Part shown: positions 48,414-58,147 of the stretch, in pieces
How the letters are laid out: each line of letters starts with the position of its first letter
Numbering within the stretch: position 1 is the first letter of the stretch
Assembly: GCA_963850305.1 (NCBI GenBank)
Contig: CAWKKR010000008.1
Span: 352,001 to 416,000, forward strand
Length of the DNA stretch: 64,000 nucleotides
DNA from: an uncultured delta proteobacterium
GTDB lineage: Bacteria > Myxococcota_A > Polyangia > Polyangiales > Polyangiaceae
Reading direction: 5' to 3'
The notes under the pieces: generated by a model
The model's database searches: none
What the model was told of the DNA's origin: nothing
The model's input: only the letters and a program-made list of their open reading frames with translations
Made by a program: the position numbers and the translations under genes

Positions 48414-50807
48414 ATGGACGCGACCGATCGACGCAAGGCCGCGCGGGACCTCGAGTGGAGCGCGGTGCTCGACCGCATCGCCGGTCGCTGCGTGAGTGAA
48501 CCGGGTGCGGCGTTCGTGCGCGCGCTCGAGCCGGCCGAGTCCATGGAGGAAGCGCAGGTACGTTCGTCGCTGGCACGTGACGCCGTCGCTCTCTCCAGAA
48601 AGGGCGCGACGCTCCCCGTCGCCGCCGTTCCCGAGACCGGCGAGCTACTCGAACGGGTGGCGCGAGGCGCGGTCGCGACGGGACCGGAGCTCGCGACGCT
48701 GCGAAGATTGCTCGACGCGGCGAGGGCGCTTCGCGAATTCGCCGCGTCGCACCGCGAGGAGCGGCCCGCACTCGCGCTGGCGCTCTTCACGGACCGTGGA
48801 ATGGAAGAGCTGCGTGAAGAATTGGGGGGCGCCCTCGACGACGGCGGGAACGTGCTCGACCGAGCGTCGTCCGAGCTCGCGCGAGCCCGCAAGCGAGCCG
48901 CCGACATCCGTCGCGAGCTCGCCTCACGATTGTCGGAGCTGATGAACCGCTACGGCGACGTGCTGCGGGACCGCTTCTACACGGAACGCGACGGGCGGTA
49001 CGTGCTGCCCGTCCGCGCGGACGCGCCCTTTCGCGTCGATGGAATCGTGTTCGGGTCGAGTGCGTCGGGCGGGACGCTCTATGTCGAGCCGCGCGAGGTG
49101 ACGGAGATCGCCAATCGACGTCACGTCGCCGAGGCCGAGGTCGAGCGTGAGGTCGCGCGCGTGCTCGGGGCACTCTCCGTTTCCGTGAGGGGCCGGGTGT
49201 CCCCGCTCGTCGTCGCGCGGGATGCCGTCGTGCGTGCGGACGTACTCGCCGCGCTCGCTGCGTGGGCGGACGCGACCACATCGGTGGTCGTCTCGGTCGA
49301 CGAGAGCGGCGAGCTCGATCTGCGAGCGATGCGGCATCCGCTCCTGGTCGGCGGAGAGACGGAGGTCGTACCGAGCAATCTACGGCTCTCGCGCGGTCAC
49401 GGGCTCGTCGTTTCCGGGCCGAACGCGGGCGGCAAGACCGTCGCGCTGAAATGTCTCGGGCTTGCCGCGTGGATGGCGCGCGCCGGGATCCCCGTTCCCG
49501 CGGATCCCGCGTCGCGGATCGGCTGGTTCGAGCCCGTGCTCACGGACGTGGGCGACGAGCAGTCCCTGGCGCGCTCGCTCTCGACGTTCAGCGCGCACGC
49601 GGCGCGGGTCGGGCGATACTTGAGCCTCGCCGGATCCGGCGCGCTCGTGCTGCTGGACGAAATCGCCGCCGGCACGGATCCGGACGAGGGAGCGGCGCTC
49701 GCCGCAGCCGTGCTCGAAGCGCTGGTGGACGCCGACGCAGCAGTCGCCGTCACGACGCACCAGGAGCGGCTGAAGCAGCTCGCGGTTCACGACGTGCGGT
49801 TCGAAAACGCGTCCGTGGGGTTCGACTTCGAGACGATGAGCCCGACCTTCCGCGTGACACTCGGCGTCCCCGGAGCGTCGAGCGCCCTCGCCGTCGCCGC
49901 GCGCTACGGCATCCCTCGCGACGTCATCGCCCGCGCCGAGCGACTCATCCCCGAGGAGAACCTGCGCCGCGACGAGCTGCTCGGAGAAATCGAAGCCGAT
50001 CGCGCCCGAGCCGAAACGGAACGGCGTAGAGCCGAAGAAGACGCCCGCGAACAGGCTCGCCTACGCGAAGCGCTGGAGAGCGAGGTCCGCCGCGCCCGCG
50101 AGCAGGAGCGGGCCCGTCTCGCGCGTGAAGGCAGCGAGCTGGCGGCCGCCGTACGCGAGGCGCGTGGGAAGCTCCGCGCCGCCACGGAGCGACTCGCCCG
50201 GGGCGGCGTAGATCGCGAAGAGCTGCGCACCCTCGAGAAGAGCGTGAACGTCGCGGCGAGTGAGGCAGCTCTCGGCAGCCGGCTCGAGACGGCTCTCCGC
50301 GGCGACGCCGGCTCGCACACCAGCGTCGGTCGTGTCGCCAAGGGCGACACGATCTACGTCCCGAAGCTCCGGACGCACGCCGAGGTGCTCGAAGCGCCGT
50401 CGCGCGGCCAGGTGCGAGTCACGGCCGGCGGACTGAAGCTCACTCTGCGACTCGATGAAATCGCACCTCCGGCAGCCGGAGCTCGAACGGCGGGAGCCAA
50501 ACCCAGAACGCAGCGGCACGACGTCCCCGCGGTACATCGCGACGAAACGCCCGTGCGCACCGAGTCCACGACGTGCGACGTGCGCGGCATGCGCGTCGAC
50601 GAGGCGCTCGGCCGCGTCGAAGCCTTCGTCAATCGACTGCTCTCCGACGGTCACCCCGCCGGCTTCGTGCTCCACGGGCACGGAACGGGCGCGCTCAAGA
50701 GCGCAATACGCGAGCACCTCGAGGCGCACCGATTCGTCGCGCGCTCGCGTGCCGCGGACACGGACGACGGCGGTGACGCCTTCACCGTTCTGTGGACCGC
50801 GGGGTGA
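48414..50807 (+). CDS. mutS2: MutS2 family protein with C-terminal Smr domain
   Basis: LEW..VL, RDGRYVLPV, SASGGTLYVEP, SGPNAGGKT, SLSTFSAH, LLDE..GTDP.EG, DVRGMRVDEA...HGHGTGAL. Confidence 0.93.
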   Translation: MDATDRRKAARDLEWSAVLDRIAGRCVSEPGAAFVRALEPAESMEEAQVRSSLARDAVALSRKGATLPVAAVPETGELLERVARGAVATGPELATLRRLLDAARALREFAASHREERPALALALFTDRGMEELREELGGALDDGGNVLDRASSELARARKRAADIRRELASRLSELMNRYGDVLRDRFYTERDGRYVLPVRADAPFRVDGIVFGSSASGGTLYVEPREVTEIANRRHVAEAEVEREVARVLGALSVSVRGRVSPLVVARDAVVRADVLAALAAWADATTSVVVSVDESGELDLRAMRHPLLVGGETEVVPSNLRLSRGHGLVVSGPNAGGKTVALKCLGLAAWMARAGIPVPADPASRIGWFEPVLTDVGDEQSLARSLSTFSAHAARVGRYLSLAGSGALVLLDEIAAGTDPDEGAALAAAVLEALVDADAAVAVTTHQERLKQLAVHDVRFENASVGFDFETMSPTFRVTLGVPGASSALAVAARYGIPRDVIARAERLIPEENLRRDELLGEIEADRARAETERRRAEEDAREQARLREALESEVRRAREQERARLAREGSELAAAVREARGKLRAATERLARGGVDREELRTLEKSVNVAASEAALGSRLETALRGDAGSHTSVGRVAKGDTIYVPKLRTHAEVLEAPSRGQVRVTAGGLKLTLRLDEIAPPAAGARTAGAKPRTQRHDVPAVHRDETPVRTESTTCDVRGMRVDEALGRVEAFVNRLLSDGHPAGFVLHGHGTGALKSAIREHLEAHRFVARSRAADTDDGGDAFTVLWTAG

Positions 50808-50825
50808 AGGACGAGGCGGGGTGAT

Positions 50826-51077
50826 TCAGTCCTTCGACGCGTCCCCGTGCACGCAAGCGCAGGACTCCCACGACATCCCGTCCATCGCGCAGATCTGCAC
50901 GCCTCGGGACGTGTCCACGCAGTAACACAGCTCCGTCGAGCCCGGCGCGCAGACGCGAGACGAACACGACCCGGCGTCGCTCGAGGTGCTCGTCTGCGGG
51001 ACTGGAGTGATCGTATCCGGGCCGCAAGCGCATGTGGCCAGAAGCGCGAAGCACCCGAGCAGCCAGAGGCGGTTCAT
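50826..51077 (-). CDS. Small Cys-rich lipoprotein
   Basis: Lipobox LLATCAC; CAPGSTELCYC...GVQIC...WESCAC. Confidence 0.7.
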   Translation of the reverse strand: MNRLWLLGCFALLATCACGPDTITPVPQTSTSSDAGSCSSRVCAPGSTELCYCVDTSRGVQICAMDGMSWESCACVHGDASKD

Positions 51078-51394
51078 GGCGGCAAGTCGATGTCACTGAC
51101 GACGAAAATGACGGCGGGTTCGTCCCCCGAGTTCTTCGCCCGGTGACGGGTGCCCCGGTCGAGGACGCCGCACTGGCCGGCCGAGAGCGTCGCGATGCCC
51201 TCGTCGAACTCGAGCTCGAGCATGCCTTCCACGACGTACATGACGTGGCTGCGCTCGCACCATTCCGGGTCCGCGAAGCCGGGCGCGAATTCGAGGAGCC
51301 CCACTCCTCGACCGAGCAGCGTCTTCTTCATTTCACGCGGATGCGCCCCTTGCTCCCATGGCATCGACCCGAATGGAACGCGCGTGAATGCCAT
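51074..51394 (-). CDS. Cupin domain protein
   Basis: WCERSHVMYVVEG...GTRHRA cupin motifs. Confidence 0.8.
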   Translation of the reverse strand: MAFTRVPFGSMPWEQGAHPREMKKTLLGRGVGLLEFAPGFADPEWCERSHVMYVVEGMLELEFDEGIATLSAGQCGVLDRGTRHRAKNSGDEPAVIFVVSDIDLPP

Positions 51395-51402
51395 GTGTCC
51401 TT

Positions 51403-52320
51403 TTACTCCGCAGCCTTCGCGGGGGTCTTCTTCGAGAGGGGAAACCCGAGCGCTTCGCGCTGGGCAAAGTAGGCGTGACACACGTCGCGAGCGATCGCAC
51501 GGACGCGGAGGATATAGCGCTGGCGTTCGGTCACACCAATGGCGGAACGTGCGTCGAGAACGTTGAACGCGTGCGCGGCCTTGACGACGAAGTCGTACGC
51601 GGGAAGCACGAGCTGCTTCAGCGGGTCCTCGCTCCGGCCGAGGAGGCGGCGGACCTCCGCCTCCGCATGGTCGAAGGTGAGAAGGTGATGTTCGACGTCC
51701 GCTTCCTCGAAGTTGTAAGTGGACCACTCCCACTCGGCGCGCCGATACATTTCGCCGTAAGTGACGTTCGCGTCGTAGCGGATCTCGGAAAAGTGATCGA
51801 CGTCCTGCAGGTACATCGCGATGCGCTCGAGCCCGTAGGTCAGCTCGCCGCTGACGGGCCGGCACTCGAGCCCGCCAACCTGCTGAAAATACGTGAACTG
51901 ACTGATCTCCAGCCCGTCGAGCCAGACTTGCCAGCCGAGGCCCCACGCGCCGAGCGTCGGGCTCTCCCAGTCGTCCTCGATGAACCGCACATCGTGGTCC
52001 AGCGGGTTCGTGCCGATCGCGCGGAGCGACTCGAGATAGAGATCCTGAATGTCGAGGGGGCTCGGCTTGAGGATCACCTGGAACTGGTGGAACTGCTGGA
52101 GACGGTTCGGGTTGTCGCCGTAACGGCCGTCAGTGGGCCGGCGCGACGGCTCCACGTACGCGACCTTCCACGGCTCCGGACCGATTGCACGGAGCACGGT
52201 CGCCGGGTTGAACGTCCCCGCGCCGACCTCGGAATTATAAGGCTGCACGATCAGGCAGCCGCGCTCGGCCCAGAAGCGCTGGAGATTGAGGATCAGATCC
52301 TGGAAGGTCAGGGCAGGCAC
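51403..52320 (-). CDS. glyQ: Glycine--tRNA ligase alpha subunit
   Basis: [56 protein letters not shown]. Confidence 0.98.
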   Translation of the reverse strand: MPALTFQDLILNLQRFWAERGCLIVQPYNSEVGAGTFNPATVLRAIGPEPWKVAYVEPSRRPTDGRYGDNPNRLQQFHQFQVILKPSPLDIQDLYLESLRAIGTNPLDHDVRFIEDDWESPTLGAWGLGWQVWLDGLEISQFTYFQQVGGLECRPVSGELTYGLERIAMYLQDVDHFSEIRYDANVTYGEMYRRAEWEWSTYNFEEADVEHHLLTFDHAEAEVRRLLGRSEDPLKQLVLPAYDFVVKAAHAFNVLDARSAIGVTERQRYILRVRAIARDVCHAYFAQREALGFPLSKKTPAKAAE

Positions 52321-52335
52321 GCCGGTCCCCTTCTA

Positions 52336-53043
52336 CTACGCAGACGCCTTCGGGAAAACTCGCACGAGCTCGGTCGCGAACTCGGGTCCGCGGACCTCGT
52401 GTTTCAGGTAAACGAATGCGTCCTTCCACGGCTCGCCGCCGATGCGATCCGCCCACTCGGCGAGCTCCCGGGGCCGATATTCCGGTGCCCGGAGCCGCAG
52501 GTAGCCGAAGTCCGCCGTCGGGACCAGGGGCGGACTCTTTTCGGCGTCGTCGGCGTCGCCGGCCACCAGCGCGACGTTCTTCGCCCTGAGGGCCGTGTAG
52601 GTGTCGTCGCTGAACCACGACCGGTGGCGAAACTCGAACGCCGCTCGAGTGCCTGGCGGGATGAGCGAGAGGAACGCCTCGAGCCTCGGCACGTCTTTCT
52701 TGAGGAACGGAGGCAGCTGGAAGAGCAGAGGGCCGAGCTTCGACCCGAGAACGGAGGCCGCGGAGAGAAACGCTGCCAGCGACTCCGCCGATCCGTGGAT
52801 TTTCTCGCGATGCGTGATGCGCTGGGGCGCCTTGAGCGCGAAGAAAAAGGAGTCCCCGACCTGCTTTCCCCACGCTTCGACCGTCTCGGGCTTGGGCATC
52901 CGGTAAAAGGTGTTGTTGATCTCGACCGTCGAAAGCTTCCCCGCGTAATACGTGAGCATCTGCTTGTCGACGAGATCCGCCGGGTAGAAGCTCCCTTTCC
53001 ACTCCTTGTAAGAGAAGCCGCTCGTACCGGCGAAGAGGCGCAT
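52336..53043 (-). CDS. DUF72 family protein
   Basis: GTSGFSYKEW..FYP, VEINNTFY, QLPP, EFRHRSW. Confidence 0.92.
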   Translation of the reverse strand: MRLFAGTSGFSYKEWKGSFYPADLVDKQMLTYYAGKLSTVEINNTFYRMPKPETVEAWGKQVGDSFFFALKAPQRITHREKIHGSAESLAAFLSAASVLGSKLGPLLFQLPPFLKKDVPRLEAFLSLIPPGTRAAFEFRHRSWFSDDTYTALRAKNVALVAGDADDAEKSPPLVPTADFGYLRLRAPEYRPRELAEWADRIGGEPWKDAFVYLKHEVRGPEFATELVRVFPKASA

Positions 53044-53055
53044 CGCGTTCGAGTC

Positions 53056-53351
53056 TACTAGGAAAGGGGCCTTGCCCCCGCGGCTCGCTTTCGCGACCGC
53101 TCCCCCGCCGCCTTCGGCGGGCTCGCTCCGCTCGTTTGGCAATGGGGGCCTTGCCCCCGCGGCTCGCTTTCGCGACCGCTCCCCCGCCGCCTTCGGCGGG
53201 CTCGCTCCGCTCGTTTGGCAATGGGGGCCTTGCCCCCGCGGCTCGCTTTCGCGACCGCTCCCCCGCCGCCTTCGGCGGGCTCGCTCCGCTCGCGTAGTTC
53301 CGCACCTCTTTGATCCTCGGGGACGGCGTGCTCGCCAATGCGGGACTATTA
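53056..53351. mobile_element. REP/MITE-like element (3 hairpin units, 79 bp period)
   Basis: Left end TACTAGGAAAGGGG; units near 53066, 53144 and 53223; right module GTAGTTCCGCA...TGCGGGACTATTA. Confidence 0.75.
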
Positions 53352-53393
53352 TCAGGTTTCGCCGGGGCGGAAACGTGGCTTACGCTCCCGCTC

Positions 53394-54236
53394 ATGGCCG
53401 ATGCGCCGAACCGAAATGACCCCAGCGAGTGGAACCTCGTCGCCTCCGCGTACGAGGAAGTGGCCGTCCCGTTCATGGTGCTCTGGGCGGAGGAGGCCGT
53501 CCGCGTGGCGAAGCTGCTCCCCGAAGAGCGGGTGCTCGACGTGGCCACGGGGCCCGGCACGCTGGCGCTGCAGGCCGCGCCGAAGGTCCGTGAAGTCGTC
53601 GCCGTCGACTACGCCGAGGGCATGCTCGGCCAGCTGAAGGGGCGGATCGAGCGCGAAGGGGTGAAGAACGTCGAGGCTCGCAAGATGAACGGCCAGCAAC
53701 TGGAGCTCGCGAGCGAATCGTTCGATGCCGCGTTCTCCCTGTTCGGCCTCAACTTCTTTCCGGACCGGAAGCGCGGATTCCGCGAGCTCTATCGGGTCCT
53801 CAAACCAAAGGGGCGCGCGATCGTGGTCGCATGGAGCGCGCCGGAAGCGACGCCTCTCCTGTCGGCCATGGTGCGCGGCGTGCGCGAGGCGCTGCCCGAT
53901 CTCCCGCCGCCCGAGACGGCGCCGGCGGCGTTCAGCCTGCAGGATCCGACCCGATTCGCGACGGAAATGATCGAAGCCGGCTTCGACGAGGTCGAGGTCC
54001 GCGCGCACAAGGTCGAGCAGCGGCTCGAAGTATCGCTGGAGACCTACTTCGAGTGGCAGGCGCGCGCCAACGTGATGCTCGCCGGACTGAAGCAAAAGCT
54101 CCCCGACGAGGAGTGGAACAAGGTCCGCGCATCGGCACGCGCGCGCATGGCGGAGGTCATCGGCGACGGGCCGCTCGTGCTCCGCTCGGAAGCGAACTTC
54201 GGCATAGGGTGGCGCGAGGCGGACGAAGACGATTGA
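53394..54236 (+). CDS. Class I SAM-dependent methyltransferase
   Basis: VLDVATGPG, AVDYAEGML, FDAAFS, LYRVLKPKG. Confidence 0.9.
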   Translation: MADAPNRNDPSEWNLVASAYEEVAVPFMVLWAEEAVRVAKLLPEERVLDVATGPGTLALQAAPKVREVVAVDYAEGMLGQLKGRIEREGVKNVEARKMNGQQLELASESFDAAFSLFGLNFFPDRKRGFRELYRVLKPKGRAIVVAWSAPEATPLLSAMVRGVREALPDLPPPETAPAAFSLQDPTRFATEMIEAGFDEVEVRAHKVEQRLEVSLETYFEWQARANVMLAGLKQKLPDEEWNKVRASARARMAEVIGDGPLVLRSEANFGIGWREADEDD

Positions 54237-54506
54237 TGGACTCGCGTTCGCGCCCGGGTCGAAGCTGGGAACGTCGGTCCGGCGCCGTCGGCGGCGATGT
54301 AGGTTTTTGAGCGCGACATGCCGAGGTAAGCCGAAGGCACGACGAATCATCGAACAACTACGTTGTCGTCGCGCCGTTTCGGTACCCGGACGCACAGTGT
54401 GTGTAAGCACGCACCGAACATTACAAAAAGGAGGACATTGCGCGAGGCGCAGAAGCGCCGGAGGCGCACCTTGCGGTAGGGTTCACCCTTCGGCGTGGGG
54501 TGATGA

Positions 54507-54956
54507 ATGGCGAAAAGACTTCTGCTCCTCGAGGATGAACCCACGCTCGCGCGTGCGATGGCACGGCTCCTTCGCCGTGCGGAGTACGACGTATTTCTGG
54601 CGGGGTCGTGCGACGAGGCGAGAAAAACGTCCGGTACCTTCTCGCTCGGCGTGTTCGACATCGATCTGCCGGACGGAGACGGCATCGACCTCGCGCGAGA
54701 CATGTTGACGACGGGCGCCATCCGCCGAGTCGTGTTCTTCAGCGGATGCATGAACCCCGTGCAGCGCGCGCGCGCCGCGAGACTCGGCCCCTTCGTGGAA
54801 AAGGTCAGCGGGTTCCCGGCCCTCCGCGCGACGATCGAGCTTGCGCTCGCGAGCCAGCGCGAGCGCGTCTCGGGTGGGGAAGATGCGCCTCCGGAACAAT
54901 CGAGCGATCCGCCGCCATCGGGCATCCGCGGCAACGGCGGACAAAGCATTCACTGA
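54507..54956 (+). CDS. Single-domain response regulator
   Basis: LLLLEDE, FDIDLPDGDG, FFSG, FVEK. Confidence 0.8.
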   Translation: MAKRLLLLEDEPTLARAMARLLRRAEYDVFLAGSCDEARKTSGTFSLGVFDIDLPDGDGIDLARDMLTTGAIRRVVFFSGCMNPVQRARAARLGPFVEKVSGFPALRATIELALASQRERVSGGEDAPPEQSSDPPPSGIRGNGGQSIH

Positions 54957-54964
54957 GGCCCGGC

Positions 54965-55050
54965 CAGAACTACCGAGCGCAGCGAGTACCGGGGGGAGGG
55001 GTTGCGAAGCAAGCCCCGGGGGGGCGGGCAACGCCCCCCCTTTCCTAGTA
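54965..55050. repeat. Degenerate inverted copy of the REP/MITE-like element
   Basis: Reverse complement reads TACTAGGAAAGGGG...GGCTTGCTTCGCAACC...GCTCGGTAGTTC. Confidence 0.7.
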
Positions 55051-55064
55051 GACCTGGCCTCACG

Positions 55065-56054
55065 ATGGAGTTCATCAATACCGTCACGGGGCCGGTCCGG
55101 GTCGAAGAGCTTGGAACGACGCTCGTCCACGAGCATCTGCTCATCGGATACCCGGGGTGGCAGATGGACGCGCTCGCGCCCAGGTTCGTACGCAACGACG
55201 CGCTCGCTCGCGGCGTGGACAAGCTCGCCGAGCTTCGTTCGCTCGGCGTCGCGACGTTCCTCGACCCATGTCCGATGGATCTTGGCAGGGATGTCACGTT
55301 CATGGCGGAAGCCGCGACGCGGTCCGGGATGCGGATCGTGTGCACGACGGGCGCGTACAAGGAGAACGAAGGTCTCACGTACACGTTCCGCGCGCTCCCC
55401 GTCGAAGAGATCACGGCGATTTACGTCAAGGAACTCACCGAGGGGATCGGGGACACCGGGATCCGCGCGGGGCTCATCAAGGTCGCGACCGGATATCCCG
55501 GAATCAGCGACTACGAGCGCAAGCTCGTCGTCGCCGCGGGACGCGCGGCGGCTCAGGTGGGCTGCCCGATAATCACGCACACGGACCACGCGAGCTCCGG
55601 GCTCGATCAGATCGCGATCCTCACCGCGGAGGGCGTCCCCGCGCATCGCATTCTCGTCGGGCACTCGGACGGCAGGAACGATCACGCTTATCATCGCTCG
55701 CTCGCGGACGCCGGCGCGTACGTCGGCTTCGACCGGTTTGGCATCGAGGCGTTCATTGGCGACGACGAGCGTATCGACGGCATCGTGAAGATGGTCGAGG
55801 CCGGCTATGCACGCTCGGTCTGTGTGTCGCACGACGCGACGTGCGCGAGCTGGCTCGGACGCCCGGTGTTCGGCGGCAAGATGGTGATGACCGCGGAGAT
55901 GATCGCCGCGGCCCTCCCGGACTGGGACGCAACGCACCTTTTCAAGCGGATCATCCCCAAACTCAAGGAACGCGGCGTGACGGACGCCGACATTCGTACA
56001 TTCCTGGTCGAGAACCCGCGGCGCTATTTCCGCGGAGACGAGCCGCCGCGCTGA
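55065..56054 (+). CDS. Phosphotriesterase-like lactonase / PTE family amidohydrolase
   Basis: INTVTGP..LGTTLVHEHL, GIRAGLIKVA, THT, GHSD, FDRFG, SHD, ENPRR. Confidence 0.92.
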   Translation: MEFINTVTGPVRVEELGTTLVHEHLLIGYPGWQMDALAPRFVRNDALARGVDKLAELRSLGVATFLDPCPMDLGRDVTFMAEAATRSGMRIVCTTGAYKENEGLTYTFRALPVEEITAIYVKELTEGIGDTGIRAGLIKVATGYPGISDYERKLVVAAGRAAAQVGCPIITHTDHASSGLDQIAILTAEGVPAHRILVGHSDGRNDHAYHRSLADAGAYVGFDRFGIEAFIGDDERIDGIVKMVEAGYARSVCVSHDATCASWLGRPVFGGKMVMTAEMIAAALPDWDATHLFKRIIPKLKERGVTDADIRTFLVENPRRYFRGDEPPR

Positions 56055-56065
56055 GGAGTGGTCCC

Positions 56066-56159
56066 GGGGGGTCTTGACCCCCGCGGCTCGCTCCGCTCGC
56101 GGAGTTCCGCGCTCGTTTCATCCTTCGGGGACGACGTGTTCGCCGGTGCGGGACTACTA
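56066..56159. repeat. Short copy of the REP/MITE-like element between convergent genes
   Basis: GGGGGTCTTGACCCCC hairpin then GGAGTTCCGC...TGCGGGACTACTA; the end supplies the LysR TAG stop. Confidence 0.7.
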
Positions 56160-57017
56160 CCCAGCTCGAAGTCGCCCGCGCTTCTCCCCGCGCAACACGC
56201 TCGTCCGACTCGAAAGGAGCATTTGCCGGAGCGCCGCTGCGGCTGGAGGAAGCCGCTCCACGCCGTTGTGCACGATCACGAACGGTCGCACGATGGGCGT
56301 CGCGGGATGCGGCACGCGCACCAGCTTTCGCGCGGCGAGCTCGTGCCGCACGGCATGACGGCTCACGAGCGCAACGCCGACTCCCTCACGCACGTGCGCG
56401 ATGATCGCCGGGATGCTGGCAATCTCCATCGCGATCGGAACGCCGGGGAAATAGCGATCGAGTAGCTCACGCGTCGTGCCGCCCTGCGTGAACGTCACGA
56501 ACGGCGCGTGCTCGGGATCCGTTCCCGGCGCACGCACGAGCACGACCTCGTCCACGAGCCACGGCTCCCCGTGAGAAGCAGTGATGACTCCGAGATCGAG
56601 CGAGCCGCCTTCGAGATCGTCGAGCACGCGCTGCGACGTCGCTTCGCGGAGTACCAACCGAACGCGCGGGTGCGCGACGCGAAACCGCGCGAGGACCGGC
56701 GGAAGGAAAAACGTACACGCCGTGGCGCCGCCTCCCACCCGCACCTCCCCCGCTTCGAGCCCCATGACCTCGTGAACGGCGCGCCGGCCATCTTCGACCG
56801 CCGCCAGTGCCGCGCGCGCCCGCGGCAACAGAGCCCGCCCTTCCGCCGTGAGCGTCGCGCCCGCGGGTCCGCGCACGAACAGGCGCGCGCCCATCTCTTG
56901 CTCGAGCTTCGCGATCGCGGCCGTGAGCGCTGGCTGCGAAACGTGACCGTGGTGGGCCGCCGCCGTGAACGTGCCGTGCTGAGCGACGAGTGCGAAGTAG
57001 CGGAACCGATCGAGCAT
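56157..57017 (-). CDS. LysR family transcriptional regulator
   Basis: GTFTAAA...VSQPALTAAIAKLEQEMGARLFVR...LTAEG; divergent from the TauE gene with an AT-rich spacer. Confidence 0.93.
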   Translation of the reverse strand: MLDRFRYFALVAQHGTFTAAAHHGHVSQPALTAAIAKLEQEMGARLFVRGPAGATLTAEGRALLPRARAALAAVEDGRRAVHEVMGLEAGEVRVGGGATACTFFLPPVLARFRVAHPRVRLVLREATSQRVLDDLEGGSLDLGVITASHGEPWLVDEVVLVRAPGTDPEHAPFVTFTQGGTTRELLDRYFPGVPIAMEIASIPAIIAHVREGVGVALVSRHAVRHELAARKLVRVPHPATPIVRPFVIVHNGVERLPPAAAALRQMLLSSRTSVLRGEKRGRLRAG

Positions 57018-57076
57018 AAGCAAATCCTATCTCATTCATAAATACAATCCATTGGCATGATGCGCTCCCGGGACGG

Positions 57077-57802
57077 ATGATGCCGGACATGACCGCAACG
57101 ATTGTCGCTCTCGGGCTCATTGCCGGCGCAATGACGACGATCGCCGGGGCGGGCGGCGGCGTGTTTCTCATCGTGACGCTCTCGCTGCTCATCGGACCCC
57201 ACGCCACGCTGGCCACCACGGCTCCGACGCTCCTCGTCGGAAACGTCCACCGTGTGCTGCTTTACCGGAAGCGCGTCGTGTGGCGTACCGCGCTCCCGGT
57301 CATCGCAGGGGCGGTTCCGGGCAGCCTCGCCGGCGGCGTGCTCGCCATGTCGTTGCCGCAGGGCGTGCTCCGGGTGGTGTTCGTCGCGGTCGCGGCGTAT
57401 TCGATCGCGCGAGCTCTGGACCTCGCCGCGGTCGTGCCTGCGCGCGCACTGCTCGGCCCCGCGGGTGCCGTCGTCGGCCTGCTCTCCGCCATGGGCGCCG
57501 GCGCGGGGCTCCTGCTCTGTCCGATCATGATGGCGATGGGGCTCACCGGAGAAGCCTACGTCGCGACCAGCGCGGCCGTGGCGATGACGACCCACGCGGG
57601 ACGACTCTCGGGCTACTTCGCGCGCGGCTTCGTCACGCACGAAATCTGGTCTTACGCCGCAGTCGCAGCGGTGTCGGTGGTCGCGGGCAACCTCGTCGGT
57701 GATCGCTTGCGCCCGCTGCTCGACGGGCCACGCCGCACGGCGATGGTCGAACGGGGCGCACTCGCGGTATGTGCGATCCTCGCGGTTGCCGGGCTGCGGT
57801 GA
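57077..57802 (+). CDS. Sulfite exporter TauE/SafE family membrane protein
   Basis: GAGGGVF, multiple TM segments, duplicated GxG motif, YVATSA. Confidence 0.82.
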   Translation: MMPDMTATIVALGLIAGAMTTIAGAGGGVFLIVTLSLLIGPHATLATTAPTLLVGNVHRVLLYRKRVVWRTALPVIAGAVPGSLAGGVLAMSLPQGVLRVVFVAVAAYSIARALDLAAVVPARALLGPAGAVVGLLSAMGAGAGLLLCPIMMAMGLTGEAYVATSAAVAMTTHAGRLSGYFARGFVTHEIWSYAAVAAVSVVAGNLVGDRLRPLLDGPRRTAMVERGALAVCAILAVAGLR

Positions 57803-57826
57803 ACGGGCGCGCCGCACACGGCTGAA

Positions 57827-58147
57827 ATGTTGCCCATGACACGAAACCTCGGCACCCTCCGGACCATGCTGGAGCCCTGCGAGGTGTGCCGGAACTTCCG
57901 CCCTGAGGCCGAGGTCGACGCTAGTCGCCCAGTCGTCGAGGTATTCTTCGGCTCGCGTCCCGTGCTCCTTTGCCGCGGCCACGCGAAGATCGCGGAGCGC
58001 GCGGGCGTCACGTCGCTCGAGGGGCTGCGCGAATATTACGGCACGGGCCGGCGCTCGTTCGTGCCGCGACGGGGCCGGGGATCGACGCCGCAAGCCGATG
58101 AGCGGCGCGAGAGCCCGGGCCGGCGAGAGACCGACCTGCGCCGCTGA
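57827..58147 (+). CDS. Small hypothetical protein with CxxC..CxxH zinc site
   Basis: CEVC...LCRGH; C-terminal RRSFVPRR...ERR..GRR.TD. Confidence 0.6.
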   Translation: MLPMTRNLGTLRTMLEPCEVCRNFRPEAEVDASRPVVEVFFGSRPVLLCRGHAKIAERAGVTSLEGLREYYGTGRRSFVPRRGRGSTPQADERRESPGRRETDLRR

